From: Bacteroidales bacterium
GTDB lineage: Bacteria > Bacteroidota > Bacteroidia > Bacteroidales > FEN-979
Length of the DNA stretch: 64,000 bases
Direction of reading: 5' to 3'
NCBI GenBank assembly: GCA_030681475.1
Contig: JAUXWT010000055.1
Coordinates: 4,914 to 68,913 of the forward strand
Shown here: one piece after another, positions 17,882-26,856 of the stretch
Layout: the number at the start of each line of letters is the position of its first letter
Numbering within the stretch: the stretch's first letter is position 1
Made by a program: the position numbers and the translations under genes
Notes under the pieces: generated by a model
Told to the model about the DNA's origin: nothing
Seen by the model: the letters and a program-made list of their open reading frames with translations, nothing else
The model's database searches: none

Positions 17882-18553
17882 ATGATTACAGAGAAAGACA
17901 AATTATCTGACGTGATCGGCAGGAACATCGACCTGCTTCCCATCGTTCACCGGTTGGGCCTTTCTTCATATATCCGGGAGAATACAATTCATGAAGCGTG
18001 CAGACTTAAGGGAATAGATCTCCGCTTCACCCTTGGGGTTGTGAATACCTTTTCTGCTGCCGGTTACCTGCCAAAACCGGAGGATATGGATTTAGTACCA
18101 CTTATCGATTTTCTTACCAAAACACATGATTATCATAAACAGGTCACCATACCCCGCATCTATGGCTTGATAGATCAGATGAAACTTGCGATGCCCGGTG
18201 AGAAACTGCTGATCGTTGTTGAGAAGTACCTTAACCAGTATATTGAAAAACTTATCACGCATATCGACTTTGAAGAACATGAGATATTCCCATTGGTTGT
18301 GAAAAAGCATGCAAGACGGAGCAAGGCAGTGGCTCCAAATTTAAAAAAACTGCTCCGGGAGCATACCAACGTCGAGAATGAGATCAGTGATCTGAAGACC
18401 ATCATTATCAGGCATATCCCTGAAAATTTTGACATGACCCTGATCCATGACCTGTTACATACCTTGTCTCATTTCGAGAAAGAACAGCTTGATCACGCCC
18501 GGTTTGAGGATAAGATTTTGATCCCCAAACTAATTGCTTTGCAGACTCATTAA
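17882..18553 (+). CDS. Hemerythrin-like (RIC/ScdA-like) domain protein, possible metal/redox sensor
   Basis: ORF 17804..18553 starts with TTG, and the first ATG is at 17882. The N-terminus (LSDVIGRNIDLLPIVHRLGL...EACRLKGIDL) resembles ScdA_N-like domains. His/Glu spacing (THDYHK, EHEIFP, REHTNVENE, IHDLLHTLSHFEKEQLDHARFED) resembles HHE cation-binding motifs. Confidence 0.45.
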   Translation: MITEKDKLSDVIGRNIDLLPIVHRLGLSSYIRENTIHEACRLKGIDLRFTLGVVNTFSAAGYLPKPEDMDLVPLIDFLTKTHDYHKQVTIPRIYGLIDQMKLAMPGEKLLIVVEKYLNQYIEKLITHIDFEEHEIFPLVVKKHARRSKAVAPNLKKLLREHTNVENEISDLKTIIIRHIPENFDMTLIHDLLHTLSHFEKEQLDHARFEDKILIPKLIALQTH

Positions 18554-18563
18554 ATCCTAAAAA

Positions 18564-19130
18564 GTGCAAACCGGTACTTCAGTGATCATCCATCCTTCGC
18601 CGATCATTCAACAAGGAATAAAAAGCATCCTGCTGTCCAGAAATATCTCTATCACTGAAATACTGAATGAGATACCTGAATTTGTTGTGGTATCCCAGTG
18701 GAAGGATATGTTGATCCTGGCAGATAAGCGGTTTGGAGATGAATTGACGAAACACGCCCGGATACTGAAAAAAAACGGTAATACCGTGATCGGTATCTTC
18801 ACAGGCGAAATCATACATGCAAAAGATACCATATTTGATGACATGATCTGCATCGACGACAATATGGATCATCTCCTGTCGAAGATCAATGGATACCTCT
18901 TCAGGGTTACGGGGACAAAATCGGACAGTCAGCTTTCAGTCCGTGAAACGGAAATACTCAAAATGGTGGCACAGGGATTCAGCAACAAGCAGATTGCCGT
19001 GCAGCTTTTTCTGAGTATCCATACCGTAATTACCCATCGTAAAAATATCACCTCCAAACTGGGAATTAAAAGCATACCGGGATTGACCCTCTATGCGGCC
19101 TTGAATAACCTGGTAGATTTCCAGCGATAA
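18564..19130 (+). CDS. LuxR-family transcriptional regulator with degenerate receiver-like N-terminal domain
   Basis: C-terminal LSVRETEILKMVAQGFSNKQIAVQLFLSIHTVITHRKNITSKLG is the GerE/LuxR HTH. GTG start. Sits 10 nt after the hemerythrin-like gene. Confidence 0.75.
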   Translation: MQTGTSVIIHPSPIIQQGIKSILLSRNISITEILNEIPEFVVVSQWKDMLILADKRFGDELTKHARILKKNGNTVIGIFTGEIIHAKDTIFDDMICIDDNMDHLLSKINGYLFRVTGTKSDSQLSVRETEILKMVAQGFSNKQIAVQLFLSIHTVITHRKNITSKLGIKSIPGLTLYAALNNLVDFQR

Positions 19131-19202
19131 AATACCAACATATTGGGATTGTCCGGGGTTTTTACTCTGCCTTTCTTTGCATTCAGATTTAAACAACTAA
19201 AT

Positions 19203-20018
19203 ATGAATGTACAGAAAGTATTAAAACGCAGTATCATGATCGTGGCAGCTTTCACCGGAATCATGACAATTCAGGCCCAGGACAGAATTTTCACATACAC
19301 CTACCAAAGTACCGTGTTGAATAAAGGTCAACGGGAACTGGAATCCTGGCACACCATCAGGGCAGGCAAATCTGATTTTTTTGTGAGGTACGACAACCGT
19401 ACAGAATACGAGATCGGGCTCGGCAGCAACCTCCAGACCGCTTTTTACCTGAATTTCACTTCAAAAACCAAGACTATGATGGATGACACGATAAAATCGT
19501 TATCCACCGAAACAGAATTCGGTTTTTCCAATGAGTGGAAACTGAAGTTGCTCGACCCGGTTGCAGATCCGATAGGCCTGGCGTTATACGCAGAGGTAGG
19601 AATTGCAAGTAACGAATTCGAGATCGAAGGCAAGGTCATTGTTGACAAGAAGATGGGAAACCTAACCATTGCTTTCAATGGCGTTTACGAGCAGGAATTC
19701 GCCCCACATTATGAGAAAAATAAATTGAAATGGGATACAGAACAAAAACTGGATGGGTATCTTGCCTTTGCCTGGTCGTTCAGCCCGAGGTTTCAACTTA
19801 CGCTTGAAAATGCCATAAAAAACGTGTTTGAAGATGGTAAAATAGCCCACAGCGCCCTTTATTCCGGGCTGGGCTTCGCCTATAACCTCGAACATTTCTG
19901 GGCAAACTTCACGGTGATGCCACAGTTGACCTCATTCAAAGGCGCCACCGGCAACAACCTGAATTTAAATGAATATGAAAAAATACAGTTCAGACTACTG
20001 TTCTCGTATATGTTCTAA
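19203..20018 (+). CDS. Hypothetical secreted protein, possible outer-membrane beta-barrel
   Basis: ATG at 19203 gives a signal peptide (MNVQKVLKRSIMIVAAFTGIMTIQAQ). Alternating amphipathic strands and a C-terminal aromatic residue (LLFSYMF). Confidence 0.4.
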   Translation: MNVQKVLKRSIMIVAAFTGIMTIQAQDRIFTYTYQSTVLNKGQRELESWHTIRAGKSDFFVRYDNRTEYEIGLGSNLQTAFYLNFTSKTKTMMDDTIKSLSTETEFGFSNEWKLKLLDPVADPIGLALYAEVGIASNEFEIEGKVIVDKKMGNLTIAFNGVYEQEFAPHYEKNKLKWDTEQKLDGYLAFAWSFSPRFQLTLENAIKNVFEDGKIAHSALYSGLGFAYNLEHFWANFTVMPQLTSFKGATGNNLNLNEYEKIQFRLLFSYMF

Positions 20019-20316
20019 AAAAACGATCATCATTGTTTGTCTGATCGGGTTTACCGTTGCGTTTTCATGTACATCGGCTTTGTACATTCCATCGGTAAAC
20101 CATGTAACACCCCATGCCAGTTTATCTGAACTGCAGAGTGGCAGAAAGCAATATATCAGGAAATGTGCCGGCTGTCACACACTCTATTTACCTGAAAAAT
20201 ATTCAAAAGAACAGTGGGTATACTGGGTGGATAAAATGGATTCAAAAGTAAAGATGGATTCCATTGAAAAAGATGAGATTCTGAAATATGTAAATCATGG
20301 AAAATATGGAAGGTAA
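19975..20316 (+). CDS. Small lipoprotein with a single c-type heme-binding motif (CxxCH)
   Basis: KCAGCHTLYLPEKYSKEQW. Lipobox-like VAFSCTS. Overlaps the preceding ORF by ~44 nt; 19969 is an alternative start. Confidence 0.5.
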   Translation: MKKYSSDYCSRICSKKTIIIVCLIGFTVAFSCTSALYIPSVNHVTPHASLSELQSGRKQYIRKCAGCHTLYLPEKYSKEQWVYWVDKMDSKVKMDSIEKDEILKYVNHGKYGR

Positions 20317-20637
20317 CGGGCTTTATACTTTACTTCATGCGACCTCCCGCAGTATAACCAGTATAGGTATCAATAGAAAAAGCGGAATTCAATGCATTGC
20401 CCTGAGGTAATGGGTTTTGCCATGTCCATTGTATAAACGCAACGACAGAGATCAATGCAAAGAGAACCTAGATCAGTGACTTTTTCATTATGATGAGTTT
20501 AATTAAAATCAAGTAGTATCAAGTTGACTCATTGCAGTCCTGCATAAGACCATGTAATGTACAAAAAAGTTTTACCAGAAATTCAGGCAACTCAGAAAAT
20601 ATATTGCCATATATTTAGTTTTTTCAATATAATGACT

Positions 20638-20645
20638 TATCTTTG
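20638..20645 (+). promoter_or_regulatory. Candidate -7 promoter box (TATCTTTG)
   Basis: Matches TAnnTTTG in the 400-bp non-coding gap, 78 nt upstream of the ATG at 20723. Confidence 0.3.
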
Positions 20646-20722
20646 CAATTAATATGCGAGATTTCATGTAATATTTTGACCACAACCTCGTTATTAACAT
20701 CAAAGCGTATTTATTCAGGAAC

Positions 20723-21124
20723 ATGATTAAGAGAACCGGACATATTTTAACAATACTTTTATTGCTTTTCGGTACAACCGGATTGACAATAAACCGGCAT
20801 TATTGCGGTACCAACCTGATGAACACTGTTATTTACGAAACCCCTGATAATTGCTGCGGGGGAGATTGCCCGGCCTGCCATACTGAAATGATAAGCTTCC
20901 GGATCACCGATCAGTTTGAATCTTCCCAGGAACTTACCGACTTCAACGCAGGGGTTAAAACCCTTTTAGAAAACAAATCACTGCCAATTATTCTGGCATT
21001 TTCGAGCCATACCGAAGCAACGATCATGGATGATGCTTTGAAAGATCATGGACTCAAACCCTTTCCCACCAAACCCATTTGTGCAGGACCCTCTACCCCA
21101 CTCCTGCAGGTTTTTCTTTTCTGA
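20723..21124 (+). CDS. Small membrane-anchored Cys-rich protein (HYC...CC..C..C motifs, possibly the HYC_CC_PP type)
   Basis: N-terminal TM (HILTILLLLFGTTGLTI) followed by NRHYCGTNL and DNCCGGDCPACH. Confidence 0.5.
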   Translation: MIKRTGHILTILLLLFGTTGLTINRHYCGTNLMNTVIYETPDNCCGGDCPACHTEMISFRITDQFESSQELTDFNAGVKTLLENKSLPIILAFSSHTEATIMDDALKDHGLKPFPTKPICAGPSTPLLQVFLF

Positions 21125-21243
21125 AAATCAAGTCATTTCGTCCTGATAAGGAAATGGTTGTCTCATAACCATCTCTTGGTATTTGTTGTGAAATATCATC
21201 ATATACCTCCTCTATTAAATACTCACAATTAAATTTTTTCAAA

Positions 21244-21504
21244 ATGAAAGCAATTGCATTAATCGCCATTGTAACTGTGATGATAACAGTTACCGGTTGT
21301 TCTTATCAGGGAGGTAACCCGGATCATGACAACAATCACATGAGTTCCGGGCAATTAAGTTATACTTGTCCCATGCATCCGGAGGTTGTTGCCGATAACC
21401 CCGGTAAATGTCCCAAATGCGGTATGGAACTTGTAAAACAGGAAATGCCTGCCGATACTGTTCATCAAATGCACAATGATTCCATGATAAAAATGCAACA
21501 TTAG
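21244..21504 (+). CDS. Lipoprotein with heavy-metal-binding zinc-ribbon-like module (YTCPMHP...CPKCGM)
   Basis: Lipobox VTGCS. The motif YTCPMHPEVVADNPGKCPKCGMELV is the same module found at the N-termini of the CusB-like and CopA-like proteins in this window. Confidence 0.65.
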   Translation: MKAIALIAIVTVMITVTGCSYQGGNPDHDNNHMSSGQLSYTCPMHPEVVADNPGKCPKCGMELVKQEMPADTVHQMHNDSMIKMQH

Positions 21505-21508
21505 CCAG

Positions 21509-22591
21509 ATGAAAAACAGAGCTTTAATATTTCTATCGCTGGCGCTTATCATCTTGATTGTGCCCGGGATGGCTCAGATATCACTTGATATTGAAGATCT
21601 TCCTCAACCTGGCAAAGCGCTTATCAGTGTTAATGTTGATAGCGCCCAGGGCGCTGCGCTCTCCCCCGGAATTTCCGGTGCGGATATAACCTGGGATTTC
21701 AATATGTTGCAACCATGCTGCGGCAGTCCGACGGCATCGTCCGATACCATAACATGGAGAAACCATACAGCAACAGCTAATGCCGGATATTTCCCCCTTT
21801 CAAACATCGCCCGCCAGGAAAGATGTTATTCGTATCATTCGCATGTGACTCATACCGATGCAACGGAATGCTATTATAATCATTACATCAGGGATAACAC
21901 AGGTCTGTTATACTACGGTCTTGAAGATCCTGTTATGGCGATTTTTAATAATAGCTTGAATGTGTTCCCATTATTGGCTTTTGGGGATTCCTTGCAGAAC
22001 GTTGCCAAAATCCATATTCCTGTTTCAGTTGATACGACAAGGATCTATCACATTATCAGCAAATCTGTTGCAGATGGATGGGGCACACTGATAACACCTG
22101 ACACTACAGTTCAGGTATTACGGATAAGGACTACAGAAATATTGTACGATACATTATACGTTAATGACGTTATTAGGGATGTTCGCGTTTATCCCGACAA
22201 CTACTATTACCGATGGTATGCTAAAAACACTGGCTTCCCTGTTCTGGAGATCAATAAAGGATTTCAGAATCAGCAACCGCCATTTTTCCAAAAAGTGAGC
22301 TATGCCAAAAAAAGTTATTCCGCCCTGGGAATCAATGTTGCCAATCCAACAAATGGTTTTACAGTTTTTCCAAATCCATTTTCTTCGGTTGTAACTATAC
22401 AACCCGGCGCCGGAAAAACACTTTTATCTTTTACACTTTTCAATTCGATCGGAAAAAAAGTTATGAGCCGTGACCAGATCAGTGATAACAAAATATTGAT
22501 CGATGGGGAAATGCTGCCTTCCGGTATTTATTTTTATACTGCCACTTTGAATAATAATGGTGCTTTTAGTGGGAAAATAATAAAATTTTGA
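21509..22591 (+). CDS. Secreted hypothetical protein with T9SS type-A C-terminal sorting domain
   Basis: Signal peptide MKNRALIFLSLALIILIVPGMAQ. C-terminal FTVFPNPFSSVVTIQ...GIYFYTATL...GKIIKF. Confidence 0.6.
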   Translation: MKNRALIFLSLALIILIVPGMAQISLDIEDLPQPGKALISVNVDSAQGAALSPGISGADITWDFNMLQPCCGSPTASSDTITWRNHTATANAGYFPLSNIARQERCYSYHSHVTHTDATECYYNHYIRDNTGLLYYGLEDPVMAIFNNSLNVFPLLAFGDSLQNVAKIHIPVSVDTTRIYHIISKSVADGWGTLITPDTTVQVLRIRTTEILYDTLYVNDVIRDVRVYPDNYYYRWYAKNTGFPVLEINKGFQNQQPPFFQKVSYAKKSYSALGINVANPTNGFTVFPNPFSSVVTIQPGAGKTLLSFTLFNSIGKKVMSRDQISDNKILIDGEMLPSGIYFYTATLNNNGAFSGKIIKF

Positions 22592-22611
22592 ATTCCTAAA
22601 CAATTGATAAC

Positions 22612-22868
22612 ATGATCAGCATATTAAGGATTGTAATAGTTTCATGGTTTTTTTTTGCTATTAATCTCCATCTCGCCACACAGCACCATGGTCATGGCGG
22701 AGGAGGGAATAACAACAGTCATGCAGGGCATGAGATTGATTCAGTAAAACAAAAAAAACTGTTTACTTTTATTGTACGGAACATCCATCGACCATTTCTG
22801 ATAAGAAAGGCAAATGTAATGTATGTAGCAAGAAATTTAAAAAGGTCAAAACCTTCTCTTATGAATAA
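22612..22868 (+). pseudogene. Frameshifted small His-rich + Cys4 metal-binding-module gene (shift at an A8 tract)
   Basis: The frame from 22612 encodes MISILRIVIVSWFFFAINL..HHGHGGGGNNNSHAGHE. After the A8 run at 22751-22758, the -1 frame encodes TVYFYCTEHPSTISDKKGKCNVCSKKF..YE* (stop 22866-22868), a variant of the Y.C..HP...G.C..C module. The original frame continues as featureless basic sequence. Confidence 0.5.
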
Positions 22869-23004
22869 TCTGATCTTAATCGCACAAAAATGAGATCTGT
22901 GAAAACTCAACTCGAGTAAATGAACAAAAGAAATGGATTATTTTCATTCAATGAACTGAGATGGAGTAATTAGTAAAATGGATCATAAACTTTAAAGAAA
23001 ACCT

Positions 23005-26000
23005 ATGTTTTTTAACAGACTCGTCAAGTATTTCCTTGATAACCGGCTGATCACTTTCATGTTTTTGATCGCCTTTTTAGCCGCCGGGATCGTGTATGCT
23101 CCATTTAACTGGAATACCGGGTTCTTTCCCCGGGATCCGGTGCCGGTGGATGCAATCCCGGATATAGGTGATAATCAGCAAATTGTTGCCACCGAATGGA
23201 TGGGCCGCTCCCCCAAAGACATTGAGGACCAGGTAACCTATCCCCTTACGACGGCTCTGCTGGGGATACCCGGCGTAAGTACGATACGCAGCACCTCCAT
23301 GTTCGGGATGTCATTTATCTATATCATATTTAAAGATAAGGTTGAATTTTACTGGAGCCGGTCGCGTATCCTGGAAAAACTCAACTCCCTGCCCTCCGGC
23401 ACCCTGCCGGCCGGTGTACAACCCACGCTGGGGCCGGATGCCACGGCGCTGGGACAGATCTACTGGTACACGCTGGAGGGGCGCAACCCTAAGACCGGTG
23501 AACCAAACGGCGGATGGAATCCCGAAGAGCTCAGAACGATTCAGGATTTTTATGTAAAGTACGGACTCACAACGGCAGAAGGCGTTTCAGAGGTAGCTTC
23601 AGTAGGTGGTTTCATCAAAGAGTATCAGGTGGACCTTAATCCCGACGCGTTAAAAGCTTATGGCGTGTCGGTGATGGATGTAATGGAAGCCGTTCGCAAA
23701 AGCAATCTCGACATCGGCGCCGAAACGATTGAATTAAACAACGTCGAGTACATCATCCGCGGGCTTGGTTATATCAAGAACCTCGATGACCTTGACAATT
23801 CCGTGATCGCGGTTCGCAACAACATCCCTGTGAGAATAAAAGATATCGGTCACGTTTCTTACGGACCCGCAACAAGGCGTGGCGGACTGGATAAGGAGGG
23901 CTCAGAAGCGGTGGGAGCTGTCATCGTCGCACGCTATGGTTCCAATCCCATGGAGGTGATCAACAATGTTAAAAAGAAAATTAAGGAACTTGAAGCAGGA
24001 CTGCCTCAGAAAACCTTGCCGGATGGCACCATTTCAAAGGTGACCATCGTTCCTTTTTATGATCGCACCGGGTTGATCAAAGAGACGATCGGTACCCTGG
24101 AGTATGCCCTTTCGCATGAGATCCTCATCAGCATCATCGTCATCATCGTATTGGTCATGAATATGAGGGCTTCCTTTATTGTAGCCGGATTATTGCCCCT
24201 GGGGGTGTTGATGACCTTTATTTTAATGCGTTTCTTTGGTGTGGATGCCAATATCGTGGCGCTCTCCGGGATTGCCATTGCCATCGGCGTGATGGTTGAC
24301 ATCGGTATCGTGGATGTGGAGAACATCCTCCGGCACCTGGAGATGCCTGAAAACAAGGGAATACGCGGAAAAAAACTATTGCAGGTCATCTACCTCGCTA
24401 CAACTGAAGTGAGGGCAGCAGTAGTAACTTCAATTGCCACCACTATTGTAAGTTTCCTGCCGGTTTTTGCCATGGAGGCGGCCGAGGGAAAACTTTTTCA
24501 CCCGCTTGCATTTACCAAAACCTTTGCCCTGTTATCGGCTTTTATTCTCGGGATCGTCGTCCTGCCAACCCTGGTGCACATCTTCTTCAACATACGGTTC
24601 GACAGAAAGAAGATCCGTACTATTTGGAACACAGGATTGATCGCCGCCGGCATTGTATTTCTGATTTTCTGGCACGCCTGGCCTGCTTTGGCCTTGACAG
24701 CCATCGGCATCAACAACCTGCTTGATCACCGCTGGCCGGAAAAACGCAAAGAGTTTCCAAACTACATCAATATCGCGATCACTGTTTTTGTTGCAGTATA
24801 TTATCTCTCCATCGAATGGTTGCCGCTTGGGGCACACAACAGCGTTCTGATCAACTTTATATTTGTGGCCGGCATCGTGGCAGTGATCCTTGCTGCCTTG
24901 ATGAGCATGGTCCATTTTTACGAACCCATCCTTCGCTGGTGCCTGCGCAACAAATGGAAATTCCTCATGCTGCCTGCAATTACATTGCTGTTCGGCCTTA
25001 TGGTGTGGCAGGGATTCGATAATATATTCGGATTTGTCGCGACGGGGTTTGAGAAGGTTGGCTGGCAAAGCTTCCGGCAAACTGCCTTCTGGCAAGGACC
25101 GACTAAAACCTTCCCCGGTACCGGCAAGGAGTTCATGCCTTCGCTCAATGAGGGATCATTCCTGCTGATGCCGACCAGTATGCCTCACACGAGCATCGAA
25201 AAGAACCTTCAGTACATCGAAACATTGGATAAACGGCTCTCGGCCATACCGGAAGTAGATGTTGCCGTGGGAAAATGGGGACGTGTAAATTCGGCTTTGG
25301 ACCCCGCTCCCGTTCAGATGTTCGAGAACACCATTAATTATCGTTCCGAGTATATCCTTAATGAAGACGGTCACCGGATGAGGTTCAAAGTTGACAGAGA
25401 CGATAATTACCTGTTAAAAAACGGGTCGAAATATAAAGTTGAAAATGAGAAATTCCGGGTTATTCCGGCTGACAGTCTTATTCCGGATGACAAGGGTGAA
25501 TATTTCCGTCAGTGGCGGTCACATATTAAAAAACCACAAGACATCTGGAACGAGATCGTAAAGGTCACCAACATCCCGGGGTTAACCTCCGCACCAAAAC
25601 TGCAACCCATTGAAACACGGTTGGTCATGCTCTCTACCGGGATGAGGGCGCCCATGGGATTAAAGGTATATGGGCCTGATCTGGAATCGATTGAACAGGC
25701 TGGCCTGGTGTTCGAGCAAGCGTTGAAGGAGGTGCCATCGGTCAAGGCCACCTCCGTTTTTTACGATCGTGCTGTGGGCGCCCCTTATCTGGAGATCAAA
25801 CTGAACCGTGAAGCGATGGCGCGTTACGGAATGACCATCAGCGACGTTCAGGAGGTGTTACAGGTTGCTGTGGGCGGTATGTCACTGAGCAACTCGGTTG
25901 AAGGACGGGAACGGTTCCCGATCCGGGTACGTTATGCCCGTGAGTTAAGAGATAATCCTGAGGATCTAAAACGAATCCTGATCCCCGCCATGAACGGTAC

Positions 26001-26856
26001 GCAGATCCCGCTGGGTGAAATTGCCGCTATCAGCTACACGCGCGGGGCACAGATGATCCGGAGCGAAAACACTTTCCTTGTCGGCTATGTTATATTTGAC
26101 AAACTGGAGGGCAAAGCTGAAGTTGATGTGGTGGAAGAAGCGACATTAGTCTTACGGGATAAGATGGATGCAGGTAACATGACATTACCTCCCGGCGTGT
26201 CGTACAAATTTGCCGGCAATTACGAACATCAGATCAGGGCTACAAAACGCCTTGCCATTGTAATTCCCCTGAGTCTGATCGTGATCTTGCTGTTATTGTA
26301 CTTCCAATTCCGCACGGTGACCGCGTCATTTATACACTTTTCGGGTGTGTTTGTCGCCTTTGCAGGTGGTTTTATCATGCTCTGGTTATACGGACAAGGA
26401 TGGTTCATGAACTTTTCCATAGCCGGGATAAATCTTCGTGACCTCTTCCAGATGCATACCATCAACCTGAGCGTTGCGGTATGGGTCGGTTTTATCGCCC
26501 TGTTCGGAATTGCTACCAATGACGGTGTCATCATGGGTACATACATTCACCAGGTATTTGAACAAAGGCATCCGGCAACTGTTTTTGAGGTTCGTGAAGC
26601 CGTGGTGGCGGCGGGCTTGAAACGGGTCAGGCCGGCCATGATGACCACCGCAGTTGCAGTGATAGCCCTGTTACCGGTACTGACATCAACGGGAAAGGGG
26701 GCTGATATCATGGTGCCGATGGCCATCCCCACGTTTGGCGGCATGATCATCCAGGTGATGACCATTTTTGTAGTGCCGCTGTTCCAGTCCATATGGAGAG
26801 AAAGGGCTGTTGGTCGCAACAGTAAAACAGTAAATCAAACAAATAATTCGCAATAA
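23005..26856 (+). CDS. CusA/CzcA-family heavy-metal efflux RND permease, oversized (1283 aa)
   Basis: RND hallmarks throughout (AIPDIGDNQQIV, GIAIAIGVMVDIGIVDVENI, GIATNDGVIMGTYI). Extra hydrophobic block at ~24589-24950 and an extra periplasmic segment at ~25330-25565 relative to ~1045-aa pumps. Confidence 0.9.
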   Translation: MFFNRLVKYFLDNRLITFMFLIAFLAAGIVYAPFNWNTGFFPRDPVPVDAIPDIGDNQQIVATEWMGRSPKDIEDQVTYPLTTALLGIPGVSTIRSTSMFGMSFIYIIFKDKVEFYWSRSRILEKLNSLPSGTLPAGVQPTLGPDATALGQIYWYTLEGRNPKTGEPNGGWNPEELRTIQDFYVKYGLTTAEGVSEVASVGGFIKEYQVDLNPDALKAYGVSVMDVMEAVRKSNLDIGAETIELNNVEYIIRGLGYIKNLDDLDNSVIAVRNNIPVRIKDIGHVSYGPATRRGGLDKEGSEAVGAVIVARYGSNPMEVINNVKKKIKELEAGLPQKTLPDGTISKVTIVPFYDRTGLIKETIGTLEYALSHEILISIIVIIVLVMNMRASFIVAGLLPLGVLMTFILMRFFGVDANIVALSGIAIAIGVMVDIGIVDVENILRHLEMPENKGIRGKKLLQVIYLATTEVRAAVVTSIATTIVSFLPVFAMEAAEGKLFHPLAFTKTFALLSAFILGIVVLPTLVHIFFNIRFDRKKIRTIWNTGLIAAGIVFLIFWHAWPALALTAIGINNLLDHRWPEKRKEFPNYINIAITVFVAVYYLSIEWLPLGAHNSVLINFIFVAGIVAVILAALMSMVHFYEPILRWCLRNKWKFLMLPAITLLFGLMVWQGFDNIFGFVATGFEKVGWQSFRQTAFWQGPTKTFPGTGKEFMPSLNEGSFLLMPTSMPHTSIEKNLQYIETLDKRLSAIPEVDVAVGKWGRVNSALDPAPVQMFENTINYRSEYILNEDGHRMRFKVDRDDNYLLKNGSKYKVENEKFRVIPADSLIPDDKGEYFRQWRSHIKKPQDIWNEIVKVTNIPGLTSAPKLQPIETRLVMLSTGMRAPMGLKVYGPDLESIEQAGLVFEQALKEVPSVKATSVFYDRAVGAPYLEIKLNREAMARYGMTISDVQEVLQVAVGGMSLSNSVEGRERFPIRVRYARELRDNPEDLKRILIPAMNGTQIPLGEIAAISYTRGAQMIRSENTFLVGYVIFDKLEGKAEVDVVEEATLVLRDKMDAGNMTLPPGVSYKFAGNYEHQIRATKRLAIVIPLSLIVILLLLYFQFRTVTASFIHFSGVFVAFAGGFIMLWLYGQGWFMNFSIAGINLRDLFQMHTINLSVAVWVGFIALFGIATNDGVIMGTYIHQVFEQRHPATVFEVREAVVAAGLKRVRPAMMTTAVAVIALLPVLTSTGKGADIMVPMAIPTFGGMIIQVMTIFVVPLFQSIWRERAVGRNSKTVNQTNNSQ

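Noticed and set aside
24532-25095. 187-aa minus-strand ORF inside the CusA-like gene
   Set aside because: Antisense to a strongly supported RND permease, with no recognisable motifs. Typical spurious long ORF.
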